A stretch of 32,000 nucleotides of DNA from Candidatus Lokiarchaeum ossiferum. Lineage in GTDB: Archaea; Asgardarchaeota; Lokiarchaeia; Sigyniarchaeales; Promethearchaeaceae. Of the stretch, positions 8,624 through 15,495 are shown in pieces (position 1 is the first letter of the stretch; every line of letters starts with the position of its first letter). Position numbers and translations under genes: made by a program. The DNA is taken from positions 360,001 through 392,000 of the forward strand of contig CP104013.1 of assembly GCA_025839675.1 (NCBI GenBank), written 5' to 3'. The notes beneath the pieces are model-generated. The model searched no databases. It had not been told where the DNA came from and was given only the letters and a program-made list of their open reading frames with translations.

Positions 8624-8968
8624 TTAAAGTTCAAAAGGTCTTCTTTCAGGAACACCTTGGGGTTCCTTCCCCGATTCGTAAAACTCCTTTGTTAGATATA
8701 AACCACAAAAACAATGCCCAAATTCATCCATATCTGGCCGACAATAGTCACAAGGACATATAATATCTTTATCCAAATTTTTATCCTCATCGGAATCGCG
8801 ACATGGACAACAATAATACCCATACCGATTTCGATTAGTTGCCAGTCCTTCGTAGAGCATGCCCAAAAATTCCGTATCCCGATTTAACTTCCATCCTTGC
8901 TTTTTTGCTACCATTTCAGCAAATTTTTGAGCATCCGCTTTGGTCCATATTTTTTTTGCTTTAGCCAT
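8624..8968 (-). CDS. ferredoxin:thioredoxin reductase catalytic-subunit-like (FTR/FDR-like) [4Fe-4S] disulfide reductase
   Basis: 'NRYGYYCCPCR-x14-CPCDYC-x..-GHCFCGLYLT' matches the CPC...CPC...C(H)C cysteine layout of FTR catalytic chains. Length is 114 aa. Confidence 0.8.
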   Translation of the reverse strand: MAKAKKIWTKADAQKFAEMVAKKQGWKLNRDTEFLGMLYEGLATNRNRYGYYCCPCRDSDEDKNLDKDIICPCDYCRPDMDEFGHCFCGLYLTKEFYESGKEPQGVPERRPFEL

Positions 8969-9010
8969 TTCAATCCCTAATTAGATATTAGACCCTAATA
9001 TTAAAAAAAT

Positions 9011-9310
9011 TTAGAGTAAAGAATTGTAATCGTTTTGCATAAATCCAACAATTGATTTTTCCTGATTTACAACAAGGAAAGGAAAAGCCACTCTTCTTTG
9101 AAATTTTTCTTTCAGGTCTCCTTTCAATTTATTTTTCCGTTCGAGCGGTAAACTATCAATGTAGACCCACTTAAATGCAATTTCATTATTCCTTAAGAAT
9201 TGTAATGCCCGTTTGCAATGCCCACATGTTGAAAGAGCGTATAAGCAAATATCTTTTTCTTTCTTTTTTCCTTCTTCGACAGTTAGTTCGATACCTTCAT
9301 TCAAATCCAT
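9011..9310 (-). CDS. glutaredoxin/thioredoxin-fold protein (CGHC active site)
   Basis: 'ICLYALSTCGHCKRALQFL' provides the CxxC at a helix N-terminus. 'AFPFLVVNQEKSIVGF' provides a cis-Pro strand. Length is 99 aa. Confidence 0.75.
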   Translation of the reverse strand: MDLNEGIELTVEEGKKKEKDICLYALSTCGHCKRALQFLRNNEIAFKWVYIDSLPLERKNKLKGDLKEKFQRRVAFPFLVVNQEKSIVGFMQNDYNSLL

Positions 9311-9423
9311 TAATAGTGTCCTCAGTTAAAATCTATTTTCACACCATTTAAAAATTGACATGTAATTACAATGGAGAAAAATATTTCTTGATTATTTGTT
9401 ATAAGTTAAACCCTCAAGAAAAC

Positions 9424-9786
9424 ATGGAATATTTAGACCAAGATATTTTAAAGTCCTTGACAAATGATAAAATAACAAAGAACTGTCGTGAGTTTATGAA
9501 AAAATTCCATATCATATCTAAGGAAGATTGTTCGCGGTGCGAAAATCTAAAAAATTGGTTCAAAAATAACAAAATCAAGTATGAAGAATGGTCGATTCAA
9601 GACAATGAAGTAAAAAAACGCCTATTGAAAGATCCAAAGTTTCTAAGTTCGTTTTGCGATGAAAATGGTTGTATAGTATTAACCCCAGTTCTGTATCTAG
9701 ATGAATCGGGCAAATACTACATGAAGCAACTATTTGGAATAGATGGAGTCCGAGGGGAATTTATCAAAAAAATACTCGAGATTTAG
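9424..9786 (+). CDS. glutaredoxin-like protein (CSRC motif)
   Basis: 'FHIISKEDCSRCENLKNWF' and 'LTPVLYLDESGKYY' fit a Grx fold. The ORF-track start at 9355 is TTG. The first ATG is at 9424 (MEYLDQD). Confidence 0.6.
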   Translation: MEYLDQDILKSLTNDKITKNCREFMKKFHIISKEDCSRCENLKNWFKNNKIKYEEWSIQDNEVKKRLLKDPKFLSSFCDENGCIVLTPVLYLDESGKYYMKQLFGIDGVRGEFIKKILEI

Positions 9787-9841
9787 AGAAATTATTTTTT
9801 TTACGGAATAATAACAAGTTTAAAGATAGGATTAGCTAAAA

Positions 9842-11032
9842 ATGAAAATAATCATCATTGGAAATGGAATTGCTGGACAAACAGTAGCAGATCTTGCTCG
9901 AAAGCAAGATCCAAATGCACTTATCGATATTTATTCTAAAGAATTATATCCTTATTACTCAAGAATCTTTCTCCCCCAATATATTGCAAATGAAAAGTCC
10001 TTGGACAATCTTATTGTGAGGAATGAAAAGTGGTTTGAAGAGAAAAATATCAATTTACACTTAGGAATTGAGGTTGAAACGATCTTTCCTCAAAAAAAGC
10101 AGATAAAACTAAAAAACCAACAGGAATTGGAGAAATATGATAAGTTATTCATTGCAACGGGAAGTAATGCACGATTCTTACCCTTCGATAATCCGTCAGT
10201 CGAAGGAATGTTCACTCTTCGAAACATCAAGGATGCAGACGAAATTAAACGTTTTATAGAAAAAAATCGAGTAAAAGATGTTTTAATTATAGGTGGAGGG
10301 TTATTGGGAATAGAATTAGGCTATCATTTGCGAGAACTCAATTTAAATGTGTCGATTTGTGAAATTAGTAATTATTTGTTGCCACGTCAACTTGATGAAG
10401 GTACTTCTAAATTATTGCAAAAATACTTAGAATCAAAAGGAATCAATATCATTTGTGGGCAGTCTGTCTCTGAAGTCTTAGGAAAAGATCAAGTTGAGGG
10501 AATACGATTGAAATCTGGTAAATCAATTAAATTTCAGATGATTTTACAACAAATGGGAATTATTCCAGAAATAAGCATCGCAAAGAATGCAGGGTTAGAC
10601 ACCGAACGAGGAATTTTGGTTAATGAATATCTGCAGACTTCAGATCCAGATATATTGGCCGTGGGAGACTGTGTTCAATTTAATGGATTGATCTGGGGAA
10701 TAATTCCAGCCAGTATTGAACAAAGTAAAATTGCAGTACAATATGTTTTCGGTCAAAATCCTGAACCTTACTTGGGAACATTTTGGAATACGCGCTTGAA
10801 AATTGCGGGACTCAAACTAAGCTGTTTTGGGGAACCTCCAACAGATCAATTGGGAGAAGAACAATTACTGGAAAACATTGATGAAGATTCTTTTATTTGT
10901 CGAAAAGTGACCTTGGAAAATAATAAAATTAAAGGCGCCATTTTAATGGGACCGGGCAAAGACTCTTTCTTCTTAAACAATCTTGGAAAAGAAGTTGATA
11001 AAGAAGAGTTAAAAAGAAAAATTAATGAATAA
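9842..11032 (+). CDS. FAD/NAD(P)H pyridine-nucleotide-disulfide-family oxidoreductase, NADH:rubredoxin oxidoreductase (NROR)-like
   Basis: It has two dinucleotide-binding motifs, 'KIIIIGNGIAGQT' and 'VLIIGGGLLGIELG', plus 'AVGDCV'. The size (396 aa) and C-terminal domain are typical of rubredoxin/ferredoxin reductases. Confidence 0.8.
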   Translation: MKIIIIGNGIAGQTVADLARKQDPNALIDIYSKELYPYYSRIFLPQYIANEKSLDNLIVRNEKWFEEKNINLHLGIEVETIFPQKKQIKLKNQQELEKYDKLFIATGSNARFLPFDNPSVEGMFTLRNIKDADEIKRFIEKNRVKDVLIIGGGLLGIELGYHLRELNLNVSICEISNYLLPRQLDEGTSKLLQKYLESKGINIICGQSVSEVLGKDQVEGIRLKSGKSIKFQMILQQMGIIPEISIAKNAGLDTERGILVNEYLQTSDPDILAVGDCVQFNGLIWGIIPASIEQSKIAVQYVFGQNPEPYLGTFWNTRLKIAGLKLSCFGEPPTDQLGEEQLLENIDEDSFICRKVTLENNKIKGAILMGPGKDSFFLNNLGKEVDKEELKRKINE

Positions 11033-11038
11033 CCTTTT

Positions 11039-13684
11039 TTATTTGTTTAAAATTGAATTAATGATCGCTGATAACTCGCGAACAGTATAGGGTTTATGTA
11101 ATGCGGCAATAAATCCATATTGCTGATAATTACTTAAGATAGGATCATTAGAATAGCCACTTGACACAACTGCTTTAATTGCAGGATCATTTTTTTGTAG
11201 TATTTCTACCGCTTCTTTACCACCCATTCCACCAGGTATAGTTAAATCTGTAATTATGAAATCGTAGGGGTTTTCTGTTTTTAGCGCGAATAAATATTTC
11301 TCAATAAGAATTTCCCCATCAATTGCTTGATCCACATGAAATCCAAGTTTATTAAGTAATCGCGAGACAGATTTCAGGATTATTAAGTCATCATCGAGTA
11401 TTAAGACTCTTCCAACAAAATTGTTATTTGAAAAATGAATCTCTTCTGATTTTAAGGGTTTGTCAGAACTAACAGGCAAATTTATGAAAAATGAAGTTCC
11501 CTTCTCAACTTCGCTTACAAAATGAATAAAACCATCGTGTTTTTTTAATATGGCAAAAGCAGTCGCGAGTCCCAAACCATTTCCTTTTGATTTAGTTGTG
11601 AAATATGGTGAGAATATTTTTTTTTGATTTTCTTGCGGAATTCCACAGCCATGATCAGAGATTTCAATTTCAATAAAATCTCCTGATTTAGCACTTTTTT
11701 CATTATTGTTATCAAGATGAACAAGTTTAGCAGTTACTTCGATAATACCACCATTTGGCATGGCATGTTGAGCATTGATGATTAAATTATTTAAAACTTG
11801 ACTTATTTGACCTGCATCTATATTAACATTAGGAAGATCATCTTCAACATCTAATTCATAAACTGAATTTGACCCTGTCATAACAAAACTTAGAGAGTCC
11901 ATTAAGAGAGGTTTAATTTTTTGGATTTTCTTTACAGGAGTTCCCCCTTTCGAAAAAGTTAATAACTGTTTGGTTAATCCACTGCCACGTAATACCGCTT
12001 TTTCGAGTTGGGATAAAATTTCTACGTGTTCTGCGGGCAAATTATCTTCCAACTGCAGAAGATTAATATTTCCCAATAAACCCATCAAGATATTATTAAA
12101 ATCATGAGCGATTCCACCAGCCAGCAAAGAAATGGATTCTATCTTTTGATTACGCAGAAGTTCTTCTTCTTGTTTCTGCCGTTCCGTTTCATTTTCTAAA
12201 GTTAAATATTGTCCTCCATTTTCAAGATGCATTAGCCTAAATCCAGTATAGATTCTTTCTCCTGATTTTGCAGTAACAAAAAAATGGATTGGTTTTTCAA
12301 GAATAAATTTTTTGTTATCAACATGTTCTTTCCATTCATTAGTCACAACTTCTCGATATTCTGGATCTGGATAGGCTTTAGGAAACCAAGCAGTTAAATC
12401 AGGAATATCAAATAAATTATAGCCATAAACTTCTAAGAATCTTTTATTTATATATTCGATTTTCCCTTCCTTTGAAATCATCATTATAGGAGTGGGAGAC
12501 CAATCAGAAATATATTGTAAATGTGATATTTGTGCTTGAATATGAAAGACCATTTTTTGGAAATTTATAATTAATTCTTGAATTTCCCCCGAAGACCGAA
12601 TTTCAATTTTGTCATCTAAATCTCCTGCAGCAATTTTCTTTGTAATATGTACTAGAGAATTAATTGGTTTTGAAATAGAACGAGATAACATATACAAAAG
12701 CATACCAACAATAATCAATAAAAATACGCCCAATCCCGATAAGTATATAATTATTTGGTTTACATCTTCTAAAATAACCGAGGTTGGAACGGAAATATAT
12801 AATTTCCAATCAATATTGGGATTTCTTAATTGAACGCAATATAAATAGTTTTCAGATTTAGAAGAATCCAAATAGGTTCCTGAAAATGGATTTTCGGAAT
12901 TACTTTCCAAATTTGATATTAATGAGTTTAATGCACTTTCAGAGTTTTCTTGAGCATATTCTTCGAACTTTCGTCCATAATATGAGGAATTTTGGATTGC
13001 AAGAATTATATCAGAGTCTTGTAAAACAAAAGCAGTACACTCATTATCGATCGTAAGTTTGTCAACTAATTCATAGAGTTTATCAAGTGTTATGTCACAG
13101 CCAACCATCCCAATCAAAGTTTGATTATAATCATAGACTGGATTTAAAAAGGATACCATCCACACTTTCATAAAATTTTCATCGAAATAAGCATCTTGAA
13201 TAACAAATTTTTTCTGTTCAATGGGTAAATCATACCATTGTTCCCCCACGCCTACATAATGGGTGGGAGGATGAATATCAGTTTGAATTTTAGAATCGTT
13301 TCTATAAGTCACCGTCAAATTTCCTGCATTTTGATAAGCGGCATATATATTGTGGATCTCTGGATATATATTTAATATTTCTTCAAAATAATTGGGAAAT
13401 AATGTTTCTTGAATATTTCTGATTATAGGATTAAGCGCAACAGATTTTGGAATCATTTCTATTTTAGAAAGTAAACCGTCAAGATTTTCTGCAGAATTTT
13501 CCAATTTTTCAGTCATGATCACTTCTTCATCTTCAATACGTAGTGTCCTATAGCGAATCATAAAATCAACATAAGTTAAAGAGAAAATAATCATCACGGG
13601 TATAATGCCTAAAAAAACAAATTTCTGGAAAATTGTATATCTACGTGATTTAAACAATTTCAATCTTTTTTTTGCTTTGCTCAT
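11039..13684 (-). CDS. hybrid sensor histidine kinase (TM - Cache-like periplasmic domain - TM - HAMP - PAS - HisKA - HATPase - REC)
   Basis: Two TM segments (about aa 20-42 and 310-332) bracket a roughly 270-aa extracytoplasmic domain. The H-box is 'LAGGIAHDFNNIL', the N-box 'NLIINAQHAMP', and the G-boxes 'DHGCGI' and 'GNGLGLA'. The C-terminal receiver has 'RVLILDDD', 'FIITDLTIPG' and 'LHKPY'. Confidence 0.9.
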   Translation of the reverse strand: MSKAKKRLKLFKSRRYTIFQKFVFLGIIPVMIIFSLTYVDFMIRYRTLRIEDEEVIMTEKLENSAENLDGLLSKIEMIPKSVALNPIIRNIQETLFPNYFEEILNIYPEIHNIYAAYQNAGNLTVTYRNDSKIQTDIHPPTHYVGVGEQWYDLPIEQKKFVIQDAYFDENFMKVWMVSFLNPVYDYNQTLIGMVGCDITLDKLYELVDKLTIDNECTAFVLQDSDIILAIQNSSYYGRKFEEYAQENSESALNSLISNLESNSENPFSGTYLDSSKSENYLYCVQLRNPNIDWKLYISVPTSVILEDVNQIIIYLSGLGVFLLIIVGMLLYMLSRSISKPINSLVHITKKIAAGDLDDKIEIRSSGEIQELIINFQKMVFHIQAQISHLQYISDWSPTPIMMISKEGKIEYINKRFLEVYGYNLFDIPDLTAWFPKAYPDPEYREVVTNEWKEHVDNKKFILEKPIHFFVTAKSGERIYTGFRLMHLENGGQYLTLENETERQKQEEELLRNQKIESISLLAGGIAHDFNNILMGLLGNINLLQLEDNLPAEHVEILSQLEKAVLRGSGLTKQLLTFSKGGTPVKKIQKIKPLLMDSLSFVMTGSNSVYELDVEDDLPNVNIDAGQISQVLNNLIINAQHAMPNGGIIEVTAKLVHLDNNNEKSAKSGDFIEIEISDHGCGIPQENQKKIFSPYFTTKSKGNGLGLATAFAILKKHDGFIHFVSEVEKGTSFFINLPVSSDKPLKSEEIHFSNNNFVGRVLILDDDLIILKSVSRLLNKLGFHVDQAIDGEILIEKYLFALKTENPYDFIITDLTIPGGMGGKEAVEILQKNDPAIKAVVSSGYSNDPILSNYQQYGFIAALHKPYTVRELSAIINSILNK

Positions 13685-13721
13685 ATGATCCCTTTGATTA
13701 TCTAAATTTAGAAATATCCCT

Positions 13722-13728
13722 AAAAAAA
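13722..13728 (-). terminator. oligo-T tract (T7 on the minus strand) about 35 nt after the CDF stop; candidate terminator separating the metal operon from the kinase gene
   Basis: The minus strand reads '...gttaataTTTTTTTaggg...' between the CDF stop (13764-13766) and the kinase start (13684). Evidence is weak because the DNA is AT-rich. Confidence 0.25.
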
Positions 13729-13763
13729 TATTAACAAATTTAGCCTTAATAGTTATCGAAGGT

Positions 13764-15170
13764 CTATTCTTGAGGTTCAGTATGAATAAGACAATGATCT
13801 AAATTATTAAAAGCATAATGAAGATCATATTCAAATTTTTCTGCTATATTGTGAGCCATCTCTACGGTTAAAGAAGGTTTAAGAGTAATGGAAACGATGA
13901 GAGTGAATTCATTTTTATCTTCAATGATTTTTAAGTCATGAAATCCATGGATCATAGAATTTTGAAGAATTAAAGCGTTCAAAAAGGATCTAACATCATC
14001 TCGCTCAATTTGTTCAAATGAATGGGAATGACTTTTTTCCTTTCGTTCAGCAGGTTCTATATGCGATATAACTTGGATTTCTCTCCCTTCGGAAAATTTC
14101 TGAAGTCTTTTCAAAATAGATTCTTCAACATTGGTTGCCAACGAATGAGCTTTGACTAAATTTAAATCTGGGGCTAATTTAATGTGATATTGAACGAGAA
14201 GGACATTTTTAAACCGATCGATTATAATATTATGAATATTATATTCTTTTTCATCCTGTTTGACATGTTCCCGGATTTCATCGAAATAATTGATGCTCTT
14301 TGATGGATCATTAATATTAAATTGAATAAATATATTGCAATCAAACCCTGAACAAGCCTCTGTTATTGTTGATCGGATTTGATTTGAAATCGCATTTCCG
14401 TGTAATACCGAATATTGCTCATCTAAACATATTGAAACTGTGGCATCCAAATAGTTACCTGCAGTTTTCAATGCTAATGAATCAATATGATTTACACCAT
14501 CAATTTCATTGATTTTAATCATAATTTCTTCAACTAAATCATCATTAATCGCATTTGCATCGATTAATTCATTGAAGCTTTGACGTAAAACTTTGATTCC
14601 GTCTACAATGGAGATAATAGAGAAAATTCCTGCGATTATTGGATCTAATAGAGCTAATCCAAAAGAAGAAATTATCAAACCAATAATAACAGATATATTG
14701 CGATAAAAATCTCCTCTAAAATTCAATCCTTGAGCAATTATTGCTTGATTATTTGTTTTTTTCCCGATAGATACAACTTTTTGGGATACAAAAAAAACTA
14801 TGACTACAACAACTCCCAAAGAAATAGCAGCAACAAGACTGTTATCTGGTCGATATTCATCAATATTTATTAAAGTTGAAATTGCCTTTACTAAGATAAA
14901 GCAATAAAGACCTATAATCATAAATGACTGAATAAATCCAGCCACAGAATTTACTTTATAATGACCAAACATATGTTCATTATCTGCTGGTTTTTTACTC
15001 TCTTTAAGAGCTATAAAAGTGATTAAAACTGCAGCAAAATCCATAATTGAATCGGATAATTCTGCAAGGAACGAAATTGAGTTAGTAAAAAAACTTACTG
15101 TGATTTTAATTAGAAAAACGGATAATACTAACGATATTGATAATAATGAGACTTGTTTATCTTCTTCCAC
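13764..15170 (-). CDS. cation diffusion facilitator (CDF) family metal exporter with three tandem C-terminal cytoplasmic domains
   Basis: The six-TM N-domain carries 'LAELSDSIMD' (TM2, DxxxD), 'HMFGHYK' and 'NFRGDFYRN' (TM5, NxxxD). Three CTD-like repeats each end in a CDF-like strand: '..CNIFIQFN', '..VISHIEPAE' and '..CLIHTEPQE'. The GTG start is preceded by 'AGGTGttttatt'. Confidence 0.85.
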   Translation of the reverse strand: MEEDKQVSLLSISLVLSVFLIKITVSFFTNSISFLAELSDSIMDFAAVLITFIALKESKKPADNEHMFGHYKVNSVAGFIQSFMIIGLYCFILVKAISTLINIDEYRPDNSLVAAISLGVVVVIVFFVSQKVVSIGKKTNNQAIIAQGLNFRGDFYRNISVIIGLIISSFGLALLDPIIAGIFSIISIVDGIKVLRQSFNELIDANAINDDLVEEIMIKINEIDGVNHIDSLALKTAGNYLDATVSICLDEQYSVLHGNAISNQIRSTITEACSGFDCNIFIQFNINDPSKSINYFDEIREHVKQDEKEYNIHNIIIDRFKNVLLVQYHIKLAPDLNLVKAHSLATNVEESILKRLQKFSEGREIQVISHIEPAERKEKSHSHSFEQIERDDVRSFLNALILQNSMIHGFHDLKIIEDKNEFTLIVSITLKPSLTVEMAHNIAEKFEYDLHYAFNNLDHCLIHTEPQE

Positions 15171-15185
15171 AATAAAACACCTTTA

Positions 15186-15479
15186 TTAGCAATCACAACA
15201 ACTATCTTTGCCACTTTTACGGGCTTTGACATCCCATAAACAGCCACAACCTTGCCGTTCTTCCATAATAATTGCCTGAGTTGGACAATTACGTTTGCAA
15301 GCACTACATTCAGTGCAAAGATCTACGCGTAAAATCTCATATTTCCCTAAATCATTACGTTCAGGTAATCCAAAAGGACAAACATCATCACACATTCCAC
15401 AACCGATACATTTGTTAAGATCGATGTAAATTTTCAATCCACTTTTGGGATTTTCAGATTTAATACTTGTTATTTCCAT
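15186..15479 (-). CDS. HgcB-like 2x[4Fe-4S] ferredoxin with Cys-rich C-terminal tail
   Basis: It has two CX2CX2CX3CP motifs, 'CIGCGMCDDVCP' and 'CTECSACKRNCP'. These are followed by 'QGCGC' and the terminal 'SCCDC' (vicinal Cys94/Cys95 at nt 15195-15200). Length is 97 aa. The ATG is preceded by 'AGGTaatttca', 16 nt after the upstream stop. Confidence 0.75.
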   Translation of the reverse strand: MEITSIKSENPKSGLKIYIDLNKCIGCGMCDDVCPFGLPERNDLGKYEILRVDLCTECSACKRNCPTQAIIMEERQGCGCLWDVKARKSGKDSCCDC

Positions 15480-15495
15480 TGAAATTACCTATGTT

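Noticed and set aside
12609-12833. ORF 12609-12833(+), inside the histidine kinase gene
   Set aside because: It is a shadow ORF antisense to the TM2/HAMP region of a contiguous 881-aa kinase.
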